Below the pieces are notes generated by a model. It had not been told where the DNA came from and made no database searches. It saw nothing but the letters and a program-made list of their open reading frames with translations. DNA of 64,000 nucleotides from Bacillota bacterium. Lineage in GTDB: Bacteria > Bacillota_I > Bacilli_A > RF39 > UBA660. Shown here piece by piece: positions 1-10,230 of the stretch. Made by a program: the position numbers and the translations under genes. The first letter of the stretch is position 1; every line of letters begins with the position of its first letter. The stretch spans positions 68,217-132,216 of the forward strand of contig SVAS01000001.1 in assembly GCA_015059285.1 (NCBI GenBank). Direction: 5' to 3'.

Positions 1-38
1 AATGTTTGGTATAATGCTAATAGATAAGTGGTGATTTT

Positions 39-395
39 ATGAAAGAAGAAGAATTAGAATATTTAGCAAACACATTATATGAACAAGAGCGTGAAAGAAT
101 TAATAATGCTCATTGGGCTGATTTAACGTTAGATGAAATGGAATTAATTGAAGATAAAAAGAAAAAGGTAGAGTATAAAAAAGAACAAAGAAAATTTCAT
201 ATTCATATTATTAATCCCTTAGCTAATTCAGTACCCCGAAAATTCAAATTTTCTGTACCCGATGAAAGTCTAACTTATCGTATTATGATGAATGATTATA
301 TGAAATTTTTCTATGGTAAGGGAATGACAAGAGACCAAATTATTGAAATGATGATTAAAAATAGAACTATTGTTAGTCGTAGAAAGAATAAATAG
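39..395 (+). CDS. hypothetical protein (118 aa, charged, Lys/Glu-rich)
   Basis: ORF with GGTGA RBS about 6 nt upstream and a TATAAT -10 box at positions 11-16; no recognisable motif. Confidence 0.4.
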   Translation: MKEEELEYLANTLYEQERERINNAHWADLTLDEMELIEDKKKKVEYKKEQRKFHIHIINPLANSVPRKFKFSVPDESLTYRIMMNDYMKFFYGKGMTRDQIIEMMIKNRTIVSRRKNK

Positions 396-1487
396 ATGAA
401 AAGTGCATATATTCATATACCTTTTTGCCATTCTATTTGCTCTTATTGTGATTTTTGTAAATTATATGACAATAAAGTGTGGATTAAAAAATATCTAGCT
501 TCTTTAGAATTAGAAATAAAAGAAAAATATCATAATGAAGCATTAGATACAATTTATATTGGCGGTGGAACGCCTAGCTGCTTAAGTATTGAATCTTTAA
601 AACAATTATTTTTAAGTTTAAATATTTTAAAGAAATCACCTCAAATTGAATTTACTTTTGAGTGTAATATTGAAGATATTAACTTAGAAAAAATAAAAAT
701 CCTTAAAAATAATGGGGTAAATCGTATTAGCATTGGTGTTCAAAGTTTTATACCTAAAAATATTAAATTATTAAATCGTCATCACACTAAAGAAGAAGTT
801 TTTGAAAAAATAAAATTATTAAAAGAAAACGGGTTTGAAAATATTAATATAGATTTAATATATGCTATTCCAGGAGAAACAATAGAGGATTTAGAATATG
901 ATTTAAATTGTTTTTTAGAACTTGATATTGCTCATATTTCCACATACTCTTTAATTATAGAAGAAAATACTAAATTATTTATTGATGGTTATACTGAAGT
1001 AGATGAGGAACTAGATTTAGAAATGTATAAATTAATTAATCAAAAACTATCTAATTATCATCACTATGAAATTAGTAACTTTGCAAAACCAAAGTATGAA
1101 TCAAAACATAACTTAACCTATTGGAATAATGACAGTTATTATGGATTTGGTCTTTCGGCTGTTGGTTATGATGGTATGTATAGATATTCAAATACTAGAA
1201 ATTTAAACAAGTATTTAGCTGGAAATTGGTTACAAGAAAAACGTGTAGTTGATGAAACTGAAAAAATAGAAAATGAGTTTATCTTAGGTTTTAGAAAGAT
1301 CGATGGTATAAATATAGAAAAGTTTAATCAAAAATATAATATAGATCTTGACACATTAAAAATGGTTAGTAAATTAATAAATGAAGGGAAGCTTATTAAA
1401 AATGGTAATTATATTAAAATAAGTGATGATTATATATATACATCTAATGATATTTTAGTTGAATTTATAGGAGGTAATTATGAATAA
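396..1487 (+). CDS. hemW: radical SAM heme chaperone HemW (HemN-like family)
   Basis: N-terminal radical SAM CxxxCxxC (IPFCHSICSYCDFC), GGGTPS motif, HemN-type C-terminal domain. Confidence 0.85.
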   Translation: MKSAYIHIPFCHSICSYCDFCKLYDNKVWIKKYLASLELEIKEKYHNEALDTIYIGGGTPSCLSIESLKQLFLSLNILKKSPQIEFTFECNIEDINLEKIKILKNNGVNRISIGVQSFIPKNIKLLNRHHTKEEVFEKIKLLKENGFENINIDLIYAIPGETIEDLEYDLNCFLELDIAHISTYSLIIEENTKLFIDGYTEVDEELDLEMYKLINQKLSNYHHYEISNFAKPKYESKHNLTYWNNDSYYGFGLSAVGYDGMYRYSNTRNLNKYLAGNWLQEKRVVDETEKIENEFILGFRKIDGINIEKFNQKYNIDLDTLKMVSKLINEGKLIKNGNYIKISDDYIYTSNDILVEFIGGNYE

Positions 1488-2058
1488 GCATGAAGAATTT
1501 AAAGTAGAAATAAACTACATAAAAGATGAAAATTATAAAAATAATATTAAAATATTATTAGATTTATTACCTGATTATTTTTATGAAGTAGCAGCTAGTT
1601 CTACTGGTAAATATCATCCTAAATATACTTTAGGTTTAGGAGGATTAGTAAGACATACTAAAGCTGCTGTAAAAGTAGCATATGATCTTTTAAATAATCA
1701 AATTATAGGTTCAAAATTTGCTCCAAGAGAGAAAGATTTAATGATAATGTCTTTACTAGTTCATGATGGATTAAAACATGGAATTACAAAATCTACTTAT
1801 GCTGTTTTTGATCATCCTTTAATTATGGCTAGTTTTATAAGAGAAAATAAAAATAAATTAACACTATCCAATGATGATATTGAATTTATGGCTAGTGTAA
1901 TAGAAACCCATATGGGTGAATGGAATACTAATCCATATTCTAACGTTATATTGCCACTTCCAAATAATAAATATCAAAAATTTGTTCATATGTGTGATTT
2001 CTTAGCAAGTAGAAAGTTTGTTAATATAAATTTTGAAAATAACAATATTGTTGAGTAA
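1480..2058 (+). CDS. HD-domain phosphohydrolase
   Basis: HD motif (SLLVHDGLKHG), GGAGG RBS, start overlaps hemW stop. Confidence 0.65.
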   Translation: MNKHEEFKVEINYIKDENYKNNIKILLDLLPDYFYEVAASSTGKYHPKYTLGLGGLVRHTKAAVKVAYDLLNNQIIGSKFAPREKDLMIMSLLVHDGLKHGITKSTYAVFDHPLIMASFIRENKNKLTLSNDDIEFMASVIETHMGEWNTNPYSNVILPLPNNKYQKFVHMCDFLASRKFVNINFENNNIVE

Positions 2059-2069
2059 GGAGATTTTTT

Positions 2070-2753
2070 ATGAGAGGAAAACTAATTGTAATTGAAGGAA
2101 CTGATTGTTCGGGTAAAGAAACTCAAACAGATTTACTTATGAGAATACTTGAAAATAATGATATTCCTGTTACTAAATTTTCTTTTCCTAACTATGATAG
2201 TCCTACTGGTAAAATAGTTGGAGGCCCTTATTTAGGAAAAAATTATATTGATAAAAGTTGGTTCTATGAAGGAGCAAGTAATGTTGATGCAAAAGTAGCT
2301 TCCTTATATTATGCAGCTGATCGTAAATATAATTTAAAAGAAATAGTTAAAGCTTTAGATTATGGAATTAATGTTGTTTTAGATAGATATTCGTACTCTA
2401 ATATGGCACATCAAGGTGGAAAACTAGAAACTAAATTAGAACGTGAAGAATTATACGATTGGATTGAAAAGTTAGAATTTGAACTTTTGGAACTTCCTAC
2501 ACCAGATATAAGAGTTTTTTTGCATATGCCGTATAAAGGAACTATGATTTTAAAAGGAAATCGTAGTGAAGATACTATAGATGAACATGAAAAAAATGAA
2601 GAGCATTTGAAAAGAGCAGAGATGGCTTATTTTGAAATAGCAGATCGCTTTGATTTTCATATTATTGAATGTATGGAAAATGATAAAATAAAACGCATTG
2701 ATGAAATTCAAGAGGAATTATCTGATTTCGTATTAAAAGAAATAAAAAAATAA
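2070..2753 (+). CDS. tmk: thymidylate (dTMP) kinase family protein
   Basis: P-loop IEGTDCSGKETQ and DRY motif (VLDRYSYS) typical of Tmk; AAGGAG RBS. Confidence 0.6.
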   Translation: MRGKLIVIEGTDCSGKETQTDLLMRILENNDIPVTKFSFPNYDSPTGKIVGGPYLGKNYIDKSWFYEGASNVDAKVASLYYAADRKYNLKEIVKALDYGINVVLDRYSYSNMAHQGGKLETKLEREELYDWIEKLEFELLELPTPDIRVFLHMPYKGTMILKGNRSEDTIDEHEKNEEHLKRAEMAYFEIADRFDFHIIECMENDKIKRIDEIQEELSDFVLKEIKK

Positions 2754-2771
2754 TAAATGTCAAAAATATGT

Positions 2772-2799
2772 AAAGAGTAAAAAATACTCTTTTTATTTT
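2772..2799 (+). terminator. rho-independent terminator
   Basis: hairpin aaagagtaaaaaatactcttt followed by T-run. Confidence 0.6.
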
Positions 2800-2876
2800 G
2801 TTAATATTTTTTAAAATCTTTTATTTTTCCTTTTAAAATAATAAGCTTAATGATATAATTAATAATAGGTGATAGT

Positions 2877-4292
2877 ATGAATAAGACTAAAATAATCGCA
2901 ACCATAGGTCCAGCTAGTAGTGATAAGAATATTTTGAAGAAAATGATACAAACTGGTATAGATGTTGTACGTATTAATTTAAAGCATACTAATTATAACT
3001 TTTGTAAAGATATAATTAAAAAAATAAATGAATTAAATGCTGAATTAAAAACTAGTGTAGCTGTTATGTTAGATACAAAAGGACCTGAAGTTAGAATAGG
3101 AAAATTTGCAAGCGGACATGCTTATTTAAAAAAAGATTCTAAAATTAGAGTTTATATGGAAGAATTAGTAGGTGATAGTACTAAATTTTCTGTTAATTAT
3201 TCTGGTCTTATTAATGATGTTAAATATGATACTATTTTAAAATTAGATGATGGTTTAATAGAATTAAAAGTTTTAGATAAAGGTGATGGATATTTATTAT
3301 GTCAAGTTTTAAACGATGGCATGATTAGCGACAACAAAGGAATGAACATTCCAGACATTCATTTAAATATTCCTTTTTTATCAGACAAAGATAGAGAAGA
3401 TATTAAATTTGCTTGTAAAAATAATGTTGACTTTTTAGCGCTTTCTTTTGTAGAGAATGCTGAAGATATATTAGAAGTTAACGATTTACTAATTGGTCAT
3501 GGTAATGATCATATAGGAATAATTGCTAAAGTAGAAAACAGTAGAGCTTTAGATGATATTGATGAAATTATTAGAGTTAGTGAAGGTGTAATGGTAGCTA
3601 GAGGGGATTTAGGAGTAGAACTTCCACTTGAACGAGTTCCAGGTATTCAAAAGGCTATTATTAATAAGTGTCATTTAGCTGGAAAAGTTAGTGTAGTCGC
3701 AACTGAGATGTTATCATCTATGGAAAATGTTGTAAGACCAACTAGAGCAGAAGTATCTGATGTTGCTAATGCAGTACTTGATGGTGCTGATGCTGTTATG
3801 TTAAGTGGTGAAACTACAATTGGTAAATATCCAATTGAAACATTAGAAACAATGGAAAGAATAATTAGAGCTGCTGAGGTAGATATAGATTATTTAGATT
3901 TATTAGAAAAAATGATTAAAGTTGAAAAGCAAGATGTTACAGGAATTCTTTCTTATAACGTAGCGGAAACGGCAACTAGACTTAATTGTAAAGCTATTAT
4001 AACTCCAACAGTAAGTGGTTATACTGCTAGAAAAATTAGTAGATTTAGACCAAAATGTCCAATTATTGCCTCAACTCCTAATTATGAAACCGCAAAATCA
4101 TTAATGCTTCATTTTGGGGTTTATCCAATAATTATAAGTGAACTTAAAAACTTTGATAAAATAATTGATCATTCAAGAAAAATTACTAGTGATTTACTTG
4201 ATATTAATAAAGGAGATAAAATCATTATTACAGGTGGTTATCCTTTTAAAGAAGTAAAACATACTAATTTTATGGAAATAGAAGAATTATAA
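2877..4292 (+). CDS. pyk: pyruvate kinase
   Basis: IIATIGPAS..., MLDTKGPEVR, full PK barrel and C-terminal domain (471 aa, lacks PEP-utiliser extension). Confidence 0.9.
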   Translation: MNKTKIIATIGPASSDKNILKKMIQTGIDVVRINLKHTNYNFCKDIIKKINELNAELKTSVAVMLDTKGPEVRIGKFASGHAYLKKDSKIRVYMEELVGDSTKFSVNYSGLINDVKYDTILKLDDGLIELKVLDKGDGYLLCQVLNDGMISDNKGMNIPDIHLNIPFLSDKDREDIKFACKNNVDFLALSFVENAEDILEVNDLLIGHGNDHIGIIAKVENSRALDDIDEIIRVSEGVMVARGDLGVELPLERVPGIQKAIINKCHLAGKVSVVATEMLSSMENVVRPTRAEVSDVANAVLDGADAVMLSGETTIGKYPIETLETMERIIRAAEVDIDYLDLLEKMIKVEKQDVTGILSYNVAETATRLNCKAIITPTVSGYTARKISRFRPKCPIIASTPNYETAKSLMLHFGVYPIIISELKNFDKIIDHSRKITSDLLDINKGDKIIITGGYPFKEVKHTNFMEIEEL

Positions 4293-4319
4293 AAGAATAA
4301 AAGAAAAGGGGTGAAGCTT

Positions 4320-6731
4320 ATGTACAATTTAGGTGAACAATTTAAGTTTGATTATGAAAAAGCTAAACCAAATAAAGATTGTGTTTTTCAAGGAAATAAA
4401 TATCGTATAACAGTTTTAACGGAAAGGTTAGTAAGACTAGAATATGATGAAAATGGTTTTTTTGAAGATAGACCAACAGAGTTAGTTTGGTATCGTAATT
4501 TACCTAAACCAGAGTTTAAAGTAAATGAAGATAATCGCTTTTTAGAAATTACTACTAAATACTTTACTCTGACGTATGCTAAAGGGAAAAACTTTTATGG
4601 TGGAAAAGCTAATCCTACAGGGTATTTAAAAATATCAGTAAATAATTCTGATCGTTATTGGTATTATAAACATCCTGAAGTTAGAAATTATGGTTCACCA
4701 TCTTTAACTTTAAGTGAAAATGGGAAAGTCAAATATCATAAAAGTTTATACTCTATAGATGGTTTTACTAGTATTGATGATAGCATGAGTAAAATTATGA
4801 CGCAGACTGGAGAAATAGTTGAAAGAGATAATAAAGAAATAGATACTTATGTTTTTATTTATTTAAAAGATTTTTATGAGTGTTTACAAGATTATTTTAA
4901 GATTACAGGTTCGCCTGCGTTAATTCCTAGATATGCTTTAGGAAATTGGTGGAGTAGAAATAATACCTATAATGATAAGCAGTTATATGATTTAATAGAC
5001 CAATTTGAAAAAAAGAAAATACCTTTATCAGTTTTAATGCTAGATAAGGATTGGCATATTAGAAATTTTAAAGATAAAAAGAAATTAAAAACAGGGTTTA
5101 CATTTAATAAGGAATTATTTGCATCGCCTTATGAAATGATTTCTTATCTTCATTCAAAAGGCATTCGTTTAGGACTTAATGTAAATCCAACTGAAGGAAT
5201 TTATCCGACAGAAGAATTATATAAAATTATTAAAGAATATTTGAATGCTTTAGAAGATGGAGTTATTCCATATAATATTTATAATCCTAGATTTATTGAT
5301 GCTTATTTAAAAATATTAATACATCCTTTGGATGCCTTAGGAGTAGATTTCTTTTGGATTGACTATTTTGATAAAGCTAAATTGGAAGAGATATTTTTAC
5401 TTAAACATTATCATTTTTATGATATGATGCGTAATTATAAAAGAAGACCGATGGTATTTGGATATAATACTAATATAGGAGCGCATCGTTACCCAGTTTT
5501 ATATTCTGGTAAAACAATTGTTAGTTGGGACACATTAAAATTAATTCCACTTCATAATTTAAATGCTAGTAATAGTGGTGTTACTTGGTGGAGTCATGAT
5601 ATTGGTGGGTATTTTAAAGGGATTGAAGATAATGAACTTTATATTCGTTTTGTTCAATTAGGTGTATTTTCACCAATATTAAAATTTGGTGCAGATGTTG
5701 GAAAATATTATAAAAGAGAACCTTGGAGATGGAGTATTAAAACATATAGTATTGTAAAAGACTATTTAACACTTCGTCATCGTTTAATACCTTATATTTA
5801 TACAGAGGCTTATAAATATCATAAAGAGGGAAAACCTTTAATAGAACCTGTATATTATCGTTTCCCTGAAATGTATGATGATCCTCTTTATAAAAATGAA
5901 TATTATTTTGGAAGTCAGCTTTTTGTCTCACCAATTGTTAAACAAAAAGATTATGTTATGAATCGTGTTATTCATAAATTCTTTATGCCAGATGGTATGT
6001 GGTATGATATTGTAACAGGTAAAAAATTTCCTGGTGGAAGAAATTATGTATCTTTCTTTAAAGATCAAGATTATCCTGTGTTTGCTAGAAGTGGTGCTAT
6101 CATTCCGTATGGGGATAATGAAAATATTAATGATACAACCCCACCAAAAGACTTAGAAATTCAAATTTTCCCAGGTAGAAGTAATACATACCATTTGTAT
6201 GAAGACGATGGTTTAAGTGATTTATATAAAAAAGGTTATTATTTACTAACTTCAATTGATTATAATTATTTACCTAATAACTATACAGTAATTATAAGAG
6301 CAATTGAAGGAAAAAGTGGTATTGTACCAGAAAAGCGTAATTATAAAATTACTTTTAGAAATACAAAACGTGCTAATGATGTTATTGCTTATTTTAATAA
6401 TGATAAAATTGAATATAACGCGTATGTAAATGGTCCTGATTTTATTGTTGAACTTAAAAATGTACCAACTATTGGGCAAGTAACTTTAAATTGTAAGGGA
6501 AAAGATATTGAAATAGATGCTGTAAGAATAATTAATGAAGATATTGAAACTATTATAAGTGATTTACAAATAACAACAGAATTAAAAGAAAAATTAGATA
6601 AAATATTATTTAATGCAGAACTATCTATTAAGAAAAAAAGAATAGAAGTTAGAAAACTTAAAAATGTTGGTTTAGAAAGTAAATTCGTAAAATTATTCTT
6701 AAAATTACTTGAATATATTAACCAAGTGTAA
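4320..6731 (+). CDS. glycoside hydrolase family 31 (alpha-glucosidase/alpha-xylosidase-like)
   Basis: GH31 catalytic signatures (DFFWIDYF, WWSHDIGGY); ATG at 4320 preferred over GTG at 4311 because of RBS spacing. Confidence 0.8.
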   Translation: MYNLGEQFKFDYEKAKPNKDCVFQGNKYRITVLTERLVRLEYDENGFFEDRPTELVWYRNLPKPEFKVNEDNRFLEITTKYFTLTYAKGKNFYGGKANPTGYLKISVNNSDRYWYYKHPEVRNYGSPSLTLSENGKVKYHKSLYSIDGFTSIDDSMSKIMTQTGEIVERDNKEIDTYVFIYLKDFYECLQDYFKITGSPALIPRYALGNWWSRNNTYNDKQLYDLIDQFEKKKIPLSVLMLDKDWHIRNFKDKKKLKTGFTFNKELFASPYEMISYLHSKGIRLGLNVNPTEGIYPTEELYKIIKEYLNALEDGVIPYNIYNPRFIDAYLKILIHPLDALGVDFFWIDYFDKAKLEEIFLLKHYHFYDMMRNYKRRPMVFGYNTNIGAHRYPVLYSGKTIVSWDTLKLIPLHNLNASNSGVTWWSHDIGGYFKGIEDNELYIRFVQLGVFSPILKFGADVGKYYKREPWRWSIKTYSIVKDYLTLRHRLIPYIYTEAYKYHKEGKPLIEPVYYRFPEMYDDPLYKNEYYFGSQLFVSPIVKQKDYVMNRVIHKFFMPDGMWYDIVTGKKFPGGRNYVSFFKDQDYPVFARSGAIIPYGDNENINDTTPPKDLEIQIFPGRSNTYHLYEDDGLSDLYKKGYYLLTSIDYNYLPNNYTVIIRAIEGKSGIVPEKRNYKITFRNTKRANDVIAYFNNDKIEYNAYVNGPDFIVELKNVPTIGQVTLNCKGKDIEIDAVRIINEDIETIISDLQITTELKEKLDKILFNAELSIKKKRIEVRKLKNVGLESKFVKLFLKLLEYINQV

Positions 6732-6789
6732 TATAATAATAAATAATTATTTAAAAACGAAGAAAAAGAGTAGTAATAAGTAACTTTAT

Positions 6790-6948
6790 TTAAAGAGAGA
6801 AAGTGGTTGGTGAAAACTTTCATTAAAGTCTTATGAACTTGCTTTGGAGTTTGATCCGCTTGTAGCGTTAAAACATTTGAGTGCATAAGTATTATGAAAT
6901 AAGGTGGTACCACGGGTAAAACTCGTCCTTATACATAATACTTTTTTG
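6790..6948 (+). promoter_or_regulatory. T-box riboswitch leader (Leu specifier CUU) upstream of leuS
   Basis: Stem I start agagagaaagtggttggtgaaaac, T-box motif aaggtggtaccacgg at 6901-6915, downstream U-run; candidate specifier context gaaCUUg/gtCUUa. Confidence 0.8.
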
Positions 6949-6964
6949 TATTTAAGGAGGATTT

Positions 6965-7306
6965 ATGGAAGAAGTTTTATTTAGTTTAGGTATATTTGTT
7001 TTATTATATTTATTTTATTTAATAACTGTAATTTGTAGAAAACAAAAATTAGATAAATTTATGGAAGGTGCTGAAGTAACTTATTTAAAAAGAAGATATA
7101 ATTTATCTTTAAAAAAAGTTAGTAAAAAACTTTTAGCAAACATTATAGCTTTAACTAATTCATTTGTTATTAGTTTAACTTGTTTATCTTTAGTTTTAAT
7201 TAAAAATTATATTTTAAAATTAATGGTAGCGTTTATAATATTAGTTCCTTTAATAATTATTTCTTATCATATAATTGGAACTATATTAAAAAGAAAGGAA
7301 AGATAG
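6965..7306 (+). CDS. small Leu/Ile-rich membrane protein (113 aa, about 3 TM helices) between T-box and leuS
   Basis: Starts in the same aggaggatttATG context that follows the pheS and alaS-operon T-boxes; hydrophobic helices; no homolog recognised. Confidence 0.5.
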   Translation: MEEVLFSLGIFVLLYLFYLITVICRKQKLDKFMEGAEVTYLKRRYNLSLKKVSKKLLANIIALTNSFVISLTCLSLVLIKNYILKLMVAFIILVPLIIISYHIIGTILKRKER

Positions 7307-7307
7307 T

Positions 7308-10127
7308 ATGTTTAATCATAGTGAAATAGAAAAAAAATGGAGAGAATATTGGGAAGAACACAATACTTTTAAAACTGATGTATGGGACTTTTCTAAACCA
7401 AAGTTTTATGCATTAGATATGTTTCCATATCCATCAGGAGTAGGTTTACATGCAGGACATCCTGAAGGATATACCGCAACTGATATTGTGTCTCGTATGA
7501 AAAGAATGCAAGGATATAATGTACTTCACCCAATGGGATTTGACTCTTTTGGTCTTCCTGCTGAACAATATGCAATAAGCACTGGAAATCATCCAGATGG
7601 ATTTACTAACGATAATATTAAAACTTTTAAAGAACAATTAAAATTATTGGGTTTATCTTATGATTGGGATAAAGAAGTATCAACTTGTGATCCAAATTAT
7701 TATAAATGGACACAATGGATATTTAAAAGGTTATATGAAGATGGACTTGCTAAATACGTTGATATGCCTGTAAACTGGTGTGAAGAATTAGGAACTGTAC
7801 TTGCTAATGATGAAATCATTGATGGTAAAAGTGAAAGAGGAGGATATCCTGTTGTTCGTAAAAATATGAAACAATGGGTTATAGATATACCTAAATATGC
7901 TGAAAAACTATTAGATGGTTTAAATGAAATTGATTGGCCAGAATCAACTAAAGAAATGCAAAGAAATTGGATTGGTAAAAGTATAGGAGCACATGTTAAA
8001 TTTAAAGTAAAAGATACTGATAAATCATTTACAGTATTTACTACTAGATGTGATACTTTATTTGGTGCTACTTACTGTGTTTTATCACCAGAACATGAAC
8101 TTGTAGATTTAATTACAACTAGTGATAAAAAAGAAGAAGTAGATGCTTATAAAAAGGTATGTGCTACTAAATCAGAAATGGAAAGAACAGAGCTCAATAA
8201 AGAAAAAACAGGTGTATTTATAGGAGCATATGCTATTAATCCTGTTAATAATAAAGAAATTCCTATTTGGATTTCAGATTACGTTCTAGCAACCTATGGA
8301 ACAGGAGCTATTATGGCAGTTCCTGCTCATGATGAAAGAGACTATGAATTTGCTAAAAAATTTAATATTGATATTATTCAAGTATTAGAAGAAGTTACAG
8401 GAACTCCTCATGAAAACGAATCTACAAAAAATAGTATCGTAGCTATTTTATATGATGAAAAAAACAATAATTATTTAACAATCAATTGGGGTAATTTAGG
8501 TGGTAGATTATTTATTGGGGGAAGCATTAAAGAAGGTGAAACACCTTTAGAATGCGCTATTAGAGAAGTAAAAGAAGAAACAGGCTATGTAAATATAGAA
8601 TTATTACAAGAATTACCTAAAATTAATCATCATTATTATGCTTATAATAAAGATAAATATTTTAATATTGAAAGTACTGGTTTTGTTTTCAAATTAGTTA
8701 ATGATGAAAAAATAGAACAAAACTTAGATGAAGATGAAAAATTCACTGTAGAATGGGTTTCAGAAGAAACAGTAAATAAAGAAATTACTGAACAATTACA
8801 TAAAAAGACTTATGAATATTATTTAAATAATGGTGCTATGTGTGGAGATGGTATTCACATTAATTCTGACTTTTTAAATGGTTTAAATAAAGAAGATGCT
8901 ATAAATAAAATGACTGAGTGGCTAGAAGAAAATAAGTTTGGTAATAAACAAATAAATTATCGTTTAAGGGAATGGATTTTTGCCCGTCAAAGATATTGGG
9001 GAGAACCAATACCAGTAGTTCATTTTGAAGATGGAACAAGTGCATCCATAGACGATTCTGAATTACCTTTAGTACTTCCAGAATTAGAAGATTATAGTCC
9101 AAGTAAAAGTGGAGCATCTCCACTTGAAAAAGCAACTGATTGGGTAAATGTAGAAATAGATGGTAAAAAAGCAAAAAGAGAAACTAGTACAATGCCTGGT
9201 TCAGCGGGTTCTAGTTGGTATTTCTTAAGATATATTGACCCACATAATGAAAATGCAATAGCAGATAAAAAACTATTAGAACATTGGTTACCAGTAGATC
9301 TTTATGTAGGTGGACCAGAACATGCAGTAGGTCATTTACTTTATTCTAGAATGTGGAATAACTATTTATATGATATAGGAGTTGTTCCAGTAAAAGAACC
9401 ATTTAAAAAATTAGTACATCAAGGAATGATATTAGGTGAAAATGGAATTAAAATGGGTAAAAGATATCCAGAATTTGCTGTTAACCCTAATGACATTGTA
9501 AAAGAATATGGTGCTGATACATTAAGGCTTTATGAAATGTTTATGGGACCTTTAGAAGCTGATAAACCATGGAGTAAAAAAGGTGTTGAAGGAGCTAGAA
9601 GATTTTTGGATCGTATATATAGACTATATACAGAAGAAAATAAAATTCAAGAAACACAAAATACAAATTTAGAAAAAATCTACAATCAAACAGTTAAAAA
9701 AGTAACAGAAGATTATGAAACATTAAACTTTAATACAGCAATTAGTAGTATGATGATATTCGTAAATGCAGTTTATAAAGAAGACATATTCCCAAAAGAA
9801 TATGCAGAAGGATTTGTTAAATTATTAAATCCAGTAGCCCCTTACTTAGCTGAAGAATTATGGAACTTATTAGGTCATAATGATACAATTGCATACGAAT
9901 CTTGGCCTACTTATGATGAAACTAAAATTGTAGATGAAACTTATACTATGATTGTACAAGTTAATGGTAAAGTACGTGGAAAAATAGAAGTTTCTACTGA
10001 TACAACAAATGACCAAATGGAAGAACTTGCTAAAACAAATGAAAATGTTATTAAAAATATTGAGGGAAAAGAAATTGTTAAAGTAATTGTTGTTCCTAAA
10101 AAATTAGTTAATATTGTAGTAAAATAA
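7308..10127 (+). CDS. leuS: leucyl-tRNA synthetase with inserted Nudix hydrolase domain
   Basis: Aligns end to end with B. subtilis LeuRS ([12 protein letters not shown] motif, KMGKR KMSKS motif), but about 145 extra residues lie between FEFAKKF and [14 protein letters not shown] and contain the Nudix box [23 protein letters not shown]. Confidence 0.95.
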   Translation: MFNHSEIEKKWREYWEEHNTFKTDVWDFSKPKFYALDMFPYPSGVGLHAGHPEGYTATDIVSRMKRMQGYNVLHPMGFDSFGLPAEQYAISTGNHPDGFTNDNIKTFKEQLKLLGLSYDWDKEVSTCDPNYYKWTQWIFKRLYEDGLAKYVDMPVNWCEELGTVLANDEIIDGKSERGGYPVVRKNMKQWVIDIPKYAEKLLDGLNEIDWPESTKEMQRNWIGKSIGAHVKFKVKDTDKSFTVFTTRCDTLFGATYCVLSPEHELVDLITTSDKKEEVDAYKKVCATKSEMERTELNKEKTGVFIGAYAINPVNNKEIPIWISDYVLATYGTGAIMAVPAHDERDYEFAKKFNIDIIQVLEEVTGTPHENESTKNSIVAILYDEKNNNYLTINWGNLGGRLFIGGSIKEGETPLECAIREVKEETGYVNIELLQELPKINHHYYAYNKDKYFNIESTGFVFKLVNDEKIEQNLDEDEKFTVEWVSEETVNKEITEQLHKKTYEYYLNNGAMCGDGIHINSDFLNGLNKEDAINKMTEWLEENKFGNKQINYRLREWIFARQRYWGEPIPVVHFEDGTSASIDDSELPLVLPELEDYSPSKSGASPLEKATDWVNVEIDGKKAKRETSTMPGSAGSSWYFLRYIDPHNENAIADKKLLEHWLPVDLYVGGPEHAVGHLLYSRMWNNYLYDIGVVPVKEPFKKLVHQGMILGENGIKMGKRYPEFAVNPNDIVKEYGADTLRLYEMFMGPLEADKPWSKKGVEGARRFLDRIYRLYTEENKIQETQNTNLEKIYNQTVKKVTEDYETLNFNTAISSMMIFVNAVYKEDIFPKEYAEGFVKLLNPVAPYLAEELWNLLGHNDTIAYESWPTYDETKIVDETYTMIVQVNGKVRGKIEVSTDTTNDQMEELAKTNENVIKNIEGKEIVKVIVVPKKLVNIVVK

Positions 10128-10152
10128 ACACTAGAAAATCTAGTGTTTTTTA
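10128..10152 (+). terminator. leuS terminator
   Basis: hairpin acactagaaaatctagtgt followed by T-run. Confidence 0.7.
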
Positions 10153-10159
10153 AATTTTT

Positions 10160-10212
10160 ATTTATGTTGTACTTCTGTTCTAAATAATAAAAGTATGTAT
10201 AATAAAACTTGT
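10160..10212 (+). promoter_or_regulatory. conserved promoter of pilin-like paralog 1 (extended -10 TGTATAAT)
   Basis: tttatgttgtacttctgttc...gtatgTATAATaaaacttgttagaataggagtg is nearly identical to the region upstream of paralog 2. Confidence 0.6.
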
Positions 10213-10230
10213 TAGAATAGGAGTGAGTTT

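Noticed and set aside
5737-6913. Minus-strand ORFs 5737-5934, 6270-6479 and 6389-6913 antisense to the GH31 gene and the leuS T-box
   Set aside because: Low-complexity, Phe/Ile/Asn-rich translations typical of antisense frames in AT-rich DNA. No RBS. They overlap a well-supported gene and a riboswitch.
7393-9174. Minus-strand ORFs 7393-7575, 7446-7637 and 8899-9174 inside leuS
   Set aside because: Antisense to a confidently aligned LeuRS. No RBS or motif.
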